Counted from the stretch's first letter, positions 26,636 to 39,401 are shown. The stretch is 64,000 nt of DNA from Rotaria socialis (GCA_905331295.1 CAJNYD010000073.1:1-64000), one strand, 5' to 3'. The notes: a model not told the origin generated them from the sequence alone. Program-made: numbers and translations.

Positions 26636-28263
26636 TTACAATGTGTGCGTATTGAAAAAAGGAATGATAACACTCGTTGTAGCATCAAACACGGTAGTGG
26701 TACAATCATTCGTTCCTACGTTTCCATTGCATTTTACTGGTAATGTCGTACGAGGCCATGAATGTTGCCCTGCAGTGATCTTGTATCCTATGACAATACC
26801 ACCTGTTTTACAGTTCGTGTTCCACGTTTGAATTTCAATTAGTTGTTGAGGATCTGTTTCTTTCGATAAATGAGAGATTGTCGATTTATTCTGGCAATCA
26901 TTGCGTGATGCCCATCCATGTCGAAAATCGTCAATACTGACTTGTGTACCACCGTGTGATTGTCCACCATTGTAGGATACGACAGTGTCTGCAGTACCGT
27001 GAAAGTCGAGAATGGGTATGGCACGTTGGGTAGGACAATCTCCATTGAATGTACCCGTGTAGAAAGCTGCTGAGACAGTTGCAAAGGCGGCAATCTTTGA
27101 AGCTATCAATGGTGTACAGGCTAGGAGGTTAACAAATCCTGCACCTAAACAGTTCGAAAACACATTACTGAGCTTTCAGATATTTTGAAAAACCACTGTA
27201 TTAATTATCAAAATTTAATAACTTCGGGGAGAGTCGAAAATATTTCAAATATTTTTGGAAGTGCTTCTGTTGTCTAGGGTCTTAAATATTTTGGCACACA
27301 CATTAAAGCTTTTTTTCTTTCGGAACCTTCTTTTTGTAATGTTCTTTAACCTGCAAAAATAAAACTTGTAGCGATGTTTTTGATTTTATCTGAGCTTGCA
27401 CTTTTTTGCTCTCGAGGAGTCCCCAAAATTATAACGATAAGCAAGTGTCAAAAGCGTGTCAAGCAATGGAAGCTCTTTGATTATATTTCCTCTAATTTTT
27501 GTGGAACTTTCTCTCTTGAAACGAAGAATGTAAACTTAGAGCACAAAATTACAGCTCCCTTCCTCAAACACTACGTGCGTGATGCTAGAGCACTCCACGA
27601 TAGAGTTTTACTTTTACCATTGAAGGGGTCATACTGAAAAGCGTTTTTTTACACTGATTTAAAATAAGATTTATTTTTGGAAACTTTGAGGCGAACAGCA
27701 AAAACTGGAACATACCATTACTCTTGCCTGTTACATAGATTCGAGACGAATCGACGCAGAATGTACTTTGTAGCGTGGCGATCATTGTGTTCACAAAGGC
27801 AATCTAATTATGTCACTAACTCGTTCTTAATAGAAGTGAAAAAAGACAGAAAATGACTCACATCATCCACACCGGGAGCAGAATAGGGTGCACCTTGCCA
27901 AGCACTCTGTCCATCCGTCCCCTCCTTTCCTTTGGGATAGACGGCGATAATTCCCGCACCATTGATAAGTATACCTTTTAGAGATAATTGAGATAGATCC
28001 TCTTGTTTTGCCATATTCCCATTGTGACCATGAAAGGAGAAGACAATCGCGTGTCCTCGGTCGTTTTGATAGTTGGCTGAGAGGTGCACTTTGTAGTGAC
28101 GAATGGGTTGACCATTCGTCGCGGGAACTGAAATTGAAGTTGTTTGACCCGATGAAAAATCATCTGGAAGGGACTTTCCACAGCCAGAGCTCAGTGCAGA
28201 CTCTGATGGAAGCACCATCAGAGCAAGAATACTCGCACAACAGAGTAGGAGCTGTTGTCTCAT
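26636..28263 (-). CDS. Secreted CE1/LpqC-type esterase (feruloyl esterase C / PHB depolymerase-like); exons 28263-27862, 27803-27716, 27144-26636
   Basis: Signal peptide then SSGCGK, FSFHG, AVYPKG, DDIAFV, GKSNGAGF nucleophile elbow, FHGTAD and GQHSWP. GT-AG introns at 27804-27861 (58 nt) and 27145-27715 (571 nt). Confidence 0.9.
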
Positions 28264-29310
28264 GAATATCGTCGAATGAATGGAGTGGCACACTTTATAT
28301 GATTGAAGGAGAGAAAATAACAACGACTAACTCTCTCTCTCTCTCTCTTTCTCAAGCGTTTAATGGCACAATTAATTACAAGCAATTTTAGTTTTTTGAG
28401 TTAAACACATATTTGCCTTTCATATCTTTTTCTACATGCATATATATTTTATTTCATATAATTGCATTTTATATTTGTTAAATCTACACTGTGAGTCCAA
28501 ATACACTGCTTCGTATTAGTTTCTGCGCTCCCGTTTTTTTACTCATGTCATACGATACAAAGAAAACAGAAAATAAAGAGGAGAGAAACCNTTCAGTGCA
28601 TGCGGTGCTGAAAAGCAGTAGGTAAGCTTTTTTGGTCGTGATTTAACTCATATTTGTGAGCTTTTCGAATGCTCTATCAATGGTAAAAAATGGCTCCGGA
28701 TCTCAATAAAATAAGGTAACAATACCCACTACACCTGACAGAAAATGACCACAGCTAAATAACATTGTTAACATTTTGCAAGAAATCCTCAACTCTGACT
28801 AGAACTTCCATATATAGTTTTGTTCAGGATAAAATTCTGTGTCGAATGGTATATAAAGCATGTTGTTTTTTTTGCTGAAAACGTACCGACTCGAAATTCA
28901 ACCACTGTACCTAAAAGATGATCGCACGAGCAAAGCCACAACTGCCCCTATGCGCAACGGATCAAGCTGAAACTTGTAGAAATGATATAGAACAACGCGC
29001 TCTGCAGCTTGAGAAACTTTTAGACTGAACCGGTATCTTTTTCGAATTGGGCCGAAATTACCCCAAAATGTCCCTCGTTCTTTATTTTGTGAAATCAAAG
29101 CCATGCATTAGTATTCGAGCGTAAATGAACTATGAATAGCTGTTTCATATCGTAAATTTTGACGGACTATATTTTATACATTTGTTCTCATGACAGCGAT
29201 TTTATCATCATAAAATTGAATAATCATGAATGAAGCTGGTCACGACATTGAATTCAATTGTGGATTATACTGTTCACTAACTTGTGGTTGTCACTGCGTG
29301 AGTATTTGTA

Positions 29311-31104
29311 TTAATTACTAGAACAGTGTGTGATCGTGTTTGTCGTTGGTTGAACTTGATTACCATCATGTAGACGCAGTATTCTGCACAGCAACTGAAC
29401 GAGTTTTTTTCTGTATGTGCGAGCCAAAATGAGGTACAATATGAAGGGCGTGACGAAGAACAAATACAAGAGAACTTGAGAAATTATATGGGCAAAGAAA
29501 AATACAGGTGTACTTTGAATTGTAGTCGGCAGGACTAATATTAGATAGGTTACACAAATAGATACAGTAAGTACAATATGAGTGCCCACTTGATGAAGAA
29601 GCATGCAAGCAAGTTGATTTCCGTGCGACGATGACGTGAGACTATGGCAGTGATGGCACGCAGTCGCTTTGTATTGTAGGTAGTCATGGTACCGAAGAGA
29701 ATCATGAGACAAGGTCTACTCTTGATTAGGACCATTATTAGGCCCACAAAAATTCGTCCTTGTTTTGCTCTCTTTTTTCGTCCCATACAAAAATGAGTTT
29801 TTTCTTAATTGGTCCCATAAAGAGAGAAAGTCGAACAGTAACTCGTCCCATTCTAAAGATGACTCCTATTGGTTATTGAAAATGATTTATATGACTAGTA
29901 TGAGAGAGTGACATTTTGGTATCATTTTCACTAATTTGGTGGATCTGGTGAATAGAAAAAAGATATGGCAAACAATGAGATCTTTATTCATATAATTCAT
30001 TGTATGCTGTTGTTACTATAACATGTTTCGATTTACAACCACTGAACGGAATAAGCAAATTCTAAATTATTTGGATTTTCAATACACTGTTAAACGAATA
30101 AATAAAACATGTGACGAATGGAGGTGTAGAAACAGAGACTGCTCAAGTACAAATAAAAAAAGAAGGAAAACCTACGATAAAATCGACGAAACACTTTTGG
30201 AATTATTCAACGTGTTTGAAAATGGTCAACTAACTGTCAATGAATCGGCTATTCAATCAGGTAAAGCAGTCAAGATAAAAAAAAAGAAATAGTAAATTCT
30301 GTGTTATTTATTTTTTTGCTCTTTATGTAATTTTTATGTTGTATGAAACTTAATATATAAAACAAATATTAGATAAATCAATTGGAGTCATCTTTAGAAT
30401 GGGACGAGTGGCTGTTCGACTTTCTCTCTTTATGGGACCAATTAAGAGAGAACTCATTTTTGTATGGGACGAAAAAAGAGAGCAAAACAGGGACGAGGTT
30501 TGGTGGGCCTCATAATGGTCCCAATCAGGGTGTCACCTGAGACAAGACGCAATAATAGCGAAGAGAAAAACTTGCATGATAGGATACACATGCTTGTAGA
30601 GAGTATCTGCTCGAATACGACATCCGAATGTGTCGGTTGGTCGTAAATCGACCAGAATCGCAGTATCCATGTAGAAGAGTATCATAAGGATGATATAAAG
30701 AGCAGAATCGCTCATCGAGCTACTTTGATATTGCTGAACTTGCGTAGTCGAGCACTCAGTGAACTGACACAATATCGATCGATTGAGGCAACCACAATAA
30801 AGTATGGTGATAATAGTGCACATACTTGGTAGACATATGTGATGAGTTTGCACGAGACAATGGAGAACTTGGTTAGACCAAGGTGGTATCCATCAGTCAG
30901 AAGACGATAAACCAGCATTACGCTGGTGCAAAAAAGATTGTTGCAAGCAAGGGTCTGAAAATAACAAGAACAAACGTGGCGATACAAGACAGACCTAGTA
31001 ACCACATCAATCTTAAGTGAATTTCCTATGATACTAATAACCATGATTATGGGCACAATGATTTGCGTCAGTTCGATAGCAAGTTGCTTGAGTGAATCGG
31101 TCAT
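29311..31104 (-). pseudogene. Rhodopsin-like (class A) GPCR pseudogene interrupted by a MULE insertion
   Basis: TM1 IIGN, TM3 ASIDRY, TM7 TPFILY..ARTYRK. There is a stop after KVAR plus frameshifts. IIASCL joins MILFG in frame across the insertion site. Confidence 0.88.
29713..30537 (+). mobile_element. Internally deleted Mutator-like (MULE) element with ~160-bp TIRs and TSD tgagacaa
   Basis: TIRs ggtctactcttgattaggaccattat... / ...ataatggtcccaatcagggtgtcacc; TSD at 29705-29712 and 30538-30545. Internal ORF 30023..30292 is FLYWCH-like (YTVKR..EWRCRNRDC) fused to a transposase-like C-terminus. Confidence 0.9.
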
Positions 31105-32213
31105 CTTCTCGTTCTTCTTGGATTTCAGTTCGAATGCGTATGATTTATTTCTTCTGTCGTCGACTTTTTGTGTGCGTCATTATATTCATCTTCTCTGTTC
31201 ATAATTAGTATCAAGCTTGTAAACTAAGGAAAGAAATGTCAACACAATATCCATATCGATTGGAGATCACTATCTATAGTATTGACAACACGAGGACGCA
31301 TCTCAATAGTGAGATTCCGATTTTCTACATTACACTTCTGGTTGTAAAACAATGACAAGCTGTCAAAAAATGTGAAATGCATTCGATATTGATAAATTGA
31401 GACGGAAAATAAAAGGTGTCCTAGAAGTTCTGAGGTAGTTTGAAAGCGTATTGTTCTCACATTCAACAAAAGCTAACTCTCTGAAACTTTGGCAGATAAT
31501 TGTGTCGACTTAGTATTACATGACTACAAAGTTTGACGTCCAAAGATTTTACTATGGATGAGAACCTGTAACAACACTGTCAGGTAGTATTTTTTCAATT
31601 TTCTTGATTATCTGGGTCATTACTTTGAAAGCAATACAACTATTGAAAATAAAAAGATACAAAAAGTAAGTTATCGATAATTCCCGTATTTAATTACGAC
31701 CTTGATCTATTACTAATTTTAATTGCGTTGGCTTTAAGTGATTTGTGTAAGGATCCTTAGAATGTGATTGCAATGATGTTGCCTAATCGTGATGTCATTT
31801 CTCTAGGTGGACATTGACTGGTATCACCAATTATTTCCTCACTTTCTTTTCTGAGGAGCCGTCAGCTTTTCAAGGGATATCCTCCTTGTTGTCGGTGTGT
31901 TTTAAGAATTGGGACAGTTCTCAAACCTCAGTCCTTGAGCAATGCTGGAAAAGCTAAGAAGCAATCCCTTTATTTTACGAAAATCTAATCATATAAGGCT
32001 TTATATTATATTTTAACATCTTGTGATCGAAAGCCAGACAATGTCACAGATGTTATTTCGAGTAATGCAGCGACGAACGCTTTCAAATCTAGCAACTCAT
32101 GTTTCAGCTTTTTCCAATCTTGTAAACCTAAAGTTTAATTCAACATGTGATCGAGAAATATTTCTTCAGATACCCACACACACAAATTTTATGAATGAAA
32201 ATGCATGTATTTT

Positions 32214-33209
32214 TTACTGTATTTTTGCTTTATTCGTTTGTTTCTCTTTGGAATAATCTACATAAGGTAGTCCTAAATAGAAGTTGAAATGTAAATGATC
32301 TTCTGGTTTGAATGGCTGCTTAGAACTTTGAAGATTTTTCATTTGATGCTGCTGATATTTGATTGATAGGAGACGCATAGCTTCAGCGCATACAATCCCC
32401 AGATGACAATGAACAGCACCAATTACATGCCACCAAGCATGCAATTGCGGATTAAATCGACTGATACTATTCATTCGTTCACATAACTGTTGATCCATAA
32501 TCCAACATACAAAAGCTGAAATTATTAAACTAACATATACCAACAGCAGACACTTTATCCGATAAACATGATGATGTGGTTGTCGATATAAATAAATCAG
32601 TTTAATCATACCTCCGACTACCATCATGCTAATATGTACTTGAAATATCAATACAAATGCTTGCAAACTGTGTACGTAAGTCCATAATAATCCATAAAAA
32701 ATTCCAAATATAATTGAGATGTCAATTGAGGATGTTTTACTCTTTAGCTGTCTGAGCTCATTCATTTTAATTAATATAAACCACCAGATAATCATTGAGT
32801 AGACCATCGGGAGTTCATCTGCCATTTGGCCTACATGTGTGAGAGTACCATGGAAATACGCAGAACCGAGTCCAACAAAAGCAAAGCCCAAACTAGACCA
32901 CAAAAATCGACTTTCAATCTTATTATATAAACCTCGAATGAATAATATTCCACCTAATATACACATAGAGAAGCTTGAAAGACAATTCCAAAATTCAGCA
33001 ATATACTTGGTTATAACGTAATTACGTTCACACCAATCGATTGAACTGGTACTCGGTGACCAATAACCGATATTTGTGTCTAATTTTGATTCAAAATTTT
33101 TAACATCAGATGGATGACTATGACTAGCTAAAACGGCTCGCGCATCAACTGCAACATGCCACAATATAGTACTAGATAATATTTGTAAAATAACAATCGA
33201 CGAACGCAT
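32214..33209 (-). CDS. Alkaline ceramidase (ACER3/YPC1-like, CREST family), intronless
   Basis: SSIDWCERNY, IAEFWN, GSAYFHGTL, QMADELPM and QLHAWWH motifs; multiple TM segments. Confidence 0.92.
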   Translation of the reverse strand: MRSSIVILQILSSTILWHVAVDARAVLASHSHPSDVKNFESKLDTNIGYWSPSTSSIDWCERNYVITKYIAEFWNCLSSFSMCILGGILFIRGLYNKIESRFLWSSLGFAFVGLGSAYFHGTLTHVGQMADELPMVYSMIIWWFILIKMNELRQLKSKTSSIDISIIFGIFYGLLWTYVHSLQAFVLIFQVHISMMVVGGMIKLIYLYRQPHHHVYRIKCLLLVYVSLIISAFVCWIMDQQLCERMNSISRFNPQLHAWWHVIGAVHCHLGIVCAEAMRLLSIKYQQHQMKNLQSSKQPFKPEDHLHFNFYLGLPYVDYSKEKQTNKAKIQ

Positions 33210-33575
33210 ATTTGATTGTCTTTGCAATTCACGAGTTAGCTATAAGGCAGAAGAGAAAATAATTATTACATTTAATTATACGTTGGCTAGCATATAGACA
33301 ATGAATTAAAGAGAAAAAACTTAAAACTAGTGGGTTCAATTAAGCTTATGTTGTTTTTCTTTTGGAGAAGCAATCTGTACTTCTGGATTCACAATTGACA
33401 AAGTAAAAATATGAGATGTGTATCTATTTTTCGACAATAGTAAAGATCCTAGTACAGAGAATCTATGAAATCTCTCTTGTCAAGTAAAAAGTGTCAATTT
33501 GGTTTAAATTTTTGATTTTATGATAATTTGTAAAAGTATTACATGAGGTTTTCTATACCTTTATGAATAATGAGT

Positions 33576-33884
33576 TGGTGGGGAATTTGATTTTGCGGCA
33601 AAATCAAAATGCTTATACCGCAATACCGCAATAACAATTGCGGTATAGTGGCATTGCGGTATAGTGGCATTGCGGTATAGCGGCAGTGCGGTATAGCGGT
33701 AGCTAGATGTTACATATCCCTTACAGAGGCAAAGCGACAAGGGGGAGAAGGTACCACNATCCTCGCATCCACACTAGGTACCCCATCGTATAGTATAGCG
33801 GTATACTAGTACAGTTTTTATTTTGTCACAAATAGAGATGATTTTAATGAAATCGATTTTGCCGCAAATTCAAATTCTCCATCA
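33576..33884. mobile_element. MITE with 30-bp TIRs and internal GCGGTATAG tandem units
   Basis: tggtggggaatttgattttgcggcaaaatc pairs with gattttgccgcaaattcaaattctccatca. 16-bp units gcggtatagtggcatt at ~33640-33700. No clear TSD. Confidence 0.7.
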
Positions 33885-35239
33885 TATGTGAATAATGGGT
33901 GGAAATCTACGTTTCATGATGAGTATCACGACATCTAACTTCTGCGCGCATTTTTCTTATTATATGGCTTTTTCATTTTAACTTTTCTGTGTGTATCTGG
34001 TTTTGTTCAATATTTTAACCCTTAACCATAGGCTGAAAGTTTTACTAGAAGATATCCACCCTGGGATCCATCTTCTATCCCAATTCAATCAAAATCAGAC
34101 GATCAGACAGAAAGAAAAAATGTTTTGTATTGGATACCTTTACACGGAGGAAGAAACTGGTGTGTACTCACTTACTCGTGTATGAGATGCAACATTTGTG
34201 TGTGTCACTATTTGCTCACATCTCGTCATACTCTTTCTCTCAGTCGTAAGTTGCCAAGAAAGAAAGAAAAAAAATGTATTTTCATTTTCGATCGTGGTTT
34301 GTTACGACAGAACGCAATGAAAGATTTCACAAGGTTATGCACAAAGCGCATGTCATTTAGAATATGAGTGTCGGCGGGCGAGAAGACTACGACATTCACA
34401 ACTATTAGTAATATGTGTACTTCGACAGCGAGAATTTAGAAATTCTAAATAACGCAAAAATCATATCTAAAACGAAAAAGAAACGATTATAACGCACCTT
34501 GATGTCGAACATTTTGACAAAATCAAGAAAAATTGATTGATACAAACTTCGAAATACGTCTAAAAATGAATTAAAAATGCATAGAGAACTTAACTGTAAC
34601 ATTCTCAGTTGAGTCTATTGCGTGTCATTATCTTATTTCACTTTATAACTAGACCGATTATATTTATTTGATGTTGTAGCTCTGATTTGATGTAACTTGT
34701 TACACGAAACTTCAATCTCCTTCGTTTCATAATAGCATATCGTTCACGAAGCGACCTTTGTTGATTTTACAACATCATTACACTCTTCATCCATCATGCC
34801 GTTACACTTCACCTAGCGCTGTTTCTCCTCTTTCTCTTGCTTTTTTTTGAATATGCATTACGTGTGATTTTGAAACTTGACAAGAAATAATCAATGGCAG
34901 TTGCATCTCTAACCACACTCATTTCTCAGAAGAATTATTTCATAAAATGACCCAATCTCATGTATCTCAATAGGCATACACTAGTACTTGATGATCGGTG
35001 TAAAAATTGTCTTCTCTTCGTCCACGCCCTCGGGATACTAGTTATATGCATGTACTTTATAAATGAATTTAAAAAATCAGCGATTCTTAAAAAACAAATA
35101 GCATATGTTTGAGGTCGGTGAAAAATCCCAAAACAGATTTTCATAGAATTTCAGAAAACATTTCTATACTAGATAATCTTATTTAAAACAATTTCATCAA
35201 TGAATCACGTGTCCAAAACTTTAATGTAATAATATAAAT

Positions 35240-38125
35240 TTAACTTTGATCAATGTTAAACTTTTGTACTCGTTGATTTCCATTTTCGCTGACGTAAAGA
35301 TTTCCTTCCCGGTCAAATGACAAACCGACGGGAGAAGATAGTTGATTCGATCGATTTCCATGACCGTTTCCACCAGCGATGACACTTCCTTGCGTGGCTC
35401 CTTGATGCCAACACATTATTCGATCATTTGAACAGTCAACCACATAGATACTATCTGACGGATCCACGAAAATTCCATAAGGATTTGATAATTGTGCAAG
35501 ACTATTTCCTTCACCTTGACCACCAGCCACGACCAGGCCTTGTTTTGCACCTTTCATCCACTTCATCACACGATGGTTATTGTGATCAGCTACGTATACT
35601 GAATGGTCTCGATCGACAAATGCATAAGTCGGAGAATTCAACTGGTCGAGACGATTCCCTTGTCCATTTCCTCCTGCAACTACGATTCCTTCATCTTCTC
35701 CCATACAATATTGCTTAACTTCATGTTTCATAAGATCAACAATATAAAGAGAACCATTATCATCTATTGTCAAGCCACAACATCCAACATTTGAAATGAT
35801 TGTTTCTCCGTTTTTACCATTTCGACGAGGCCATCGAACTATCCTTTTATTTATAGTATCACAAATGATGAGATTATCTCTGTCTTTATCAATAATCACA
35901 TCTTTTGGCGAGATCAATTGGTCAGGACAACATCCTACTTCGTTTCCACCAGCCATAATTCGACCAGTCTTCGATCCACACTTGTATTGTACAATACGAT
36001 TATTTCCGCAGTCAGCAATGTAGACAGTTTGATCATCATCAACATATAAACCCCATGGCTGTGAGAGTTGACTCATTGCATCACCACGACCATTTCCACC
36101 AGCAACAATAACACCATTTTTTTTCCATCTTGTATTCGTATTAAGAGTCAGACTGCGTAGAAATGGTGCTTTAAAAAATGATAAATGAATTTATTTATCG
36201 ACTGTGAATCGATATTTGAAGACAAGAAATTTTATAGACTTGCCACATCCAACAATACCGTAAAATGATGTGAGTTTATATCTTTCTTTTCAAACACCCA
36301 CACTCCACCCTGCGACCTATATTTCAGCATGAATCAATAAATATTGATTAGTATTCTGGCTTCGCAGCAGTCCTATATATCCTGTATTTCCTATATTTTA
36401 AAAATTTATCCTATAATAGACTATATTTTGGGCTTTTTTCATATATTCCTATTTTTTTTGAAAAAATTGAAGATTCTTCTAAAAAAATTCAAAAAACTCC
36501 TGATATGTGTTCAACACATCATTTAAATATTGTCCGTAACAATTTGTATGGCGCTTATTTCCTATTGGTTCATCTAGATAATGTATATAGTACACTCTTT
36601 GCATTAGTTGTCTTTGTATCAGTGTTTTATCCAGAATTTCTGGGTATGTTAGATCTCAACGTCAGTGCATGAGACCTAGATGGAACTTATGAGGGGTCAT
36701 ATTGGAGCTAAGTAATGAGGTTTTGTGGTCAAAAGTTTGTGATTGTAGTTTGCGCAAACAAAATAATTTTTTTGCTTGCCCAACCGGCAAATGTTTTTAA
36801 CCTTTATTTGGTATTCCGCCTTTCAGAATTTCATAGGAAGCTACATCGAATTTCATCGACAGATGTCGAATTTCATCGAAAAATAAGCATCCATTCAGGA
36901 GTTATAACGGTTTGAAATTTTGCTAAAATCTTGGCGGTATTTGAAAAAAATTCACAACATTATAACTCCTGAACGGATGCTTATTTTTCGATGAAATTTG
37001 AAATCTGTCGATGAAATTTGATGTAGCTTACTATGATATTCTAAAAGACGGAATACCAAAAAGGTGTGGGTGTGGGAGTATTTTGTTCAGAAACCCACCC
37101 ACACCCTAAAGTGCATGTATGTCCAATAGTGAAAAGAAATCGAACGTAAATTAGTTTTTTTATGTTTTAAGAAAATCTTGCTGCTCCATTACTTTTCAAA
37201 ACTCAATAATATTTTTATTTAGCTGATTAGATATACGTGCAAAAACAACACATTATCATCTTCAATGCTGTTGCAGTGATTTTTCGGTGTCTCAATCTTT
37301 TTCTGGAATAAATTTGTCATCCTATATTTTTCCTATATAGTTGAGGGCATCCTAAATATTTTAGACCTATCCTATATAGGAATTCCTATATTTTTTGAGA
37401 GAGCCGCTGCGATGCCCGTTAGTATTACAATGGCACTCAGTGATCTNTGATCTACTTGATATTCGTTTTTTTTTCTTCGCTTCCTTGTTCGAGAGTCGAT
37501 ATCGAAAGTTGCTCAACTGTTCTTTATTATTTCTTCGTAAATAATGACAATTAACTTGTCTAGAAGTTGCTTTCCTTACGTATGATTTTATTTTGAGAAA
37601 CAACTTACTATTCTTTGTAAGACGAATTCGCTTTATGAAAATTCTTGATTTATATTGAATTTTGAAGAAGGGTGGTTTATGGAGAGTATTTTTTAGTAGG
37701 TTCAGTTCTTCATTGAAAAATTGAATATTTGAATCGATAATATTTCCTTCTGTACGACATTGAATGAATTGTTCGGTTAAATGTCTGAATTTAGCATTCA
37801 AATCGTCGACAAAACTGATCAAACAGGATGAGAGTTCTTGACGAATGTCATTGGCCATTTTTTGTATTTTTTCAATTGATTCTCGTTCCCAATTATCGAT
37901 TTCTTTCATTAGTTCATGTGCTTCTGGCTTAACGAGCTGCTCTTCGATTTGAAGTTTGAACTGACTAAATTCATCGTCAGTTTTATTCAATTGTTCACGT
38001 AAATCATCAACATGTTCAATCATATGTTTGGGACAAAAACCTTTAGAACATTCATCACATATCAGTGTACCCTTTGTTTTTCTACATTGACAGCAAACTG
38101 CTCTGTGCGTTGTTTTCATCGCCAT
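35240..38125 (-). CDS. B-box-like zinc finger + coiled coil + NHL beta-propeller protein (TRIM-NHL-like); exons 38125-37609 and 36168-35240
   Basis: CCQC..CDECSKGFCPKH..H followed by a coiled coil. The phase-1 GTAAGT donor at 37608 matches the phase-1 acceptor at 36169. Repeated VAGGNG.G....QL..P NHL units. Confidence 0.8.
36807..37060. repeat. ~254-bp imperfect palindrome (nested MITE)
   Basis: tttggtattccg...atttcatcgaaaaataagcatccattcaggagttataa pairs with ttataactcctgaacggatgcttatttttcgatgaaat...cggaataccaaa. Confidence 0.85.
37062..37107. repeat. Telomere-type inverted repeat element
   Basis: aggtgtgggtgtgggagtattttgttcagaaacccacccacaccct. Confidence 0.8.
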
Positions 38126-38429
38126 TGAAACAACTTTGATAACATCAACGGATGAGTTCGTTTTTTCTTTTATCAACATAGAAAAAAAAACATTCTTGCA
38201 CCATTCAGGTATAATGGTGTGTGTTCGAATTTCATAATGGATTAATTTCAACCAATGACACTCAACGTTTCAAAATAAAGAAGATTCATGTTTTATCGTA
38301 AACTGTTGAAACCCTTTTTGAAATCAGCATAGTAATGAAGCTAAAACTACTCCATACGTAAGTTGACGTTCATATCTTAGTAACCTTGAACTTGAAAGTT
38401 AAATTCCGTTCAAGTTTCAAAATTTGACG

Positions 38430-38475
38430 AGGCTGAGGTGTTGGTGCAAGAAACGAAAACACACACCTACACCCT
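38430..38475. repeat. Degenerate telomere-type inverted repeat element
   Basis: aggctgaggtgttggtg...acacacacctacaccct. Confidence 0.6.
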
Positions 38476-38830
38476 CTGTATAGAATTTCAATGCCCGTTG
38501 GTTTCGGACGCTATAACATATACACAGTCTATCTATCCATTAAATGAAAACTACCGAAATCTAATAAAAATACACATCGAATGGAATATAAATATATATT
38601 GTTCAGTGTATCCTTTTTGAGTTTCGAAAATTCTCTTCAGAGTATAAAACTATTCACTATTGAGACTGTTATCAGTAATAAATGTATACCAATATATCAT
38701 TACCTCTTGTGTCACGATGCAAGCTATGCAGCGTCAGCACAGTGTGTTTTTACTTGCTTACTATCGTTTAAAAAGTATTAAAACGAAAACGCTCATGTAA
38801 TTAGATTTTTCCTTGTAGAATATTTAACTG

Positions 38831-39325
38831 ATGCTTCATTTCATGTTAATAAAACTATTCAAAACAAATAAAAAGCATGGAAATACTCTTGAAAATACTG
38901 GGTCAAAAACTAAAGTCTATGAAGTGTCTCCCACCGATACGATTTCTGAACTTAAACATCGAATTCGAGAAAATGAAAAGATTCCTTTGAAGCTGATGAG
39001 ATTGACTGTTGGCGGCAACACCCGCTTAAAAGATTATGAAACATTATTTGAGAACAAAATAAGCAAAGAAATGACTATTACTGTTGGGTTTCGATTTCGT
39101 AGAGGATATTTTTGTATGAGATGTATTTTTCCAGCAGCGTTATGTTTATCTGGTCATGTTTCGTTGCAATGTAGTGAAGAATTTTCCCTTGATGGCAACA
39201 AACTTTTTCATAGCATTACAACTAAACTAATTAGTCTCAATCATGTAGGAAGCCAAGCTGAACAATTAGTGTATAAGATGTTGTCGCTCATAAGAAAAAC
39301 CCTCAACTGTCGAATCACATTATGA
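38831..39325 (+). CDS. Ubiquitin-like domain ORF (gene structure uncertain; may be a fragment)
   Basis: KTKVYEVSPTDTISELKHRIRENEKIPLKLMRLTVGG..RLKDYETLFENKI..EMTITVGFRFRRG aligns by eye to the ubiquitin fold; no C-terminal GG. Confidence 0.6.
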   Translation: MLHFMLIKLFKTNKKHGNTLENTGSKTKVYEVSPTDTISELKHRIRENEKIPLKLMRLTVGGNTRLKDYETLFENKISKEMTITVGFRFRRGYFCMRCIFPAALCLSGHVSLQCSEEFSLDGNKLFHSITTKLISLNHVGSQAEQLVYKMLSLIRKTLNCRITL

Positions 39326-39401
39326 AAAGAAAAAAAAAGAGTTTTTGCTTTGCTGAAAAAGAAAATAATTTTAAACAGCTCTACTTCAATGCGTTGATTC
39401 T

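Larger units (their letters stand above)
36356..37418. mobile_element. Non-autonomous hAT-like element in the NHL gene intron, 8-bp TSD ttagtatt
   Basis: TIR ctggcttcgcagc / gctgcgatgcccg; perfect TSD at 36348-36355 and 37419-37426; subterminal cctatat repeats at both ends. Confidence 0.82.

Noticed and set aside
27145..27715. TE inside the 571-nt esterase intron
   Set aside because: The intron is unusually long and has a CACTGTA end-like motif, but I found no matching TIR or TSD.
29550..30646. Two ORFs starting MGRKKRAKQGR on opposite strands
   Set aside because: They are a by-product of the MULE terminal inverted repeats.
33615..33705. Short regularly spaced GCGGTATAG repeats, superficially CRISPR-like
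   Set aside because: The units are tandem with no unique spacers, lie inside a TIR-bounded MITE, and there are no cas genes in this eukaryotic context.
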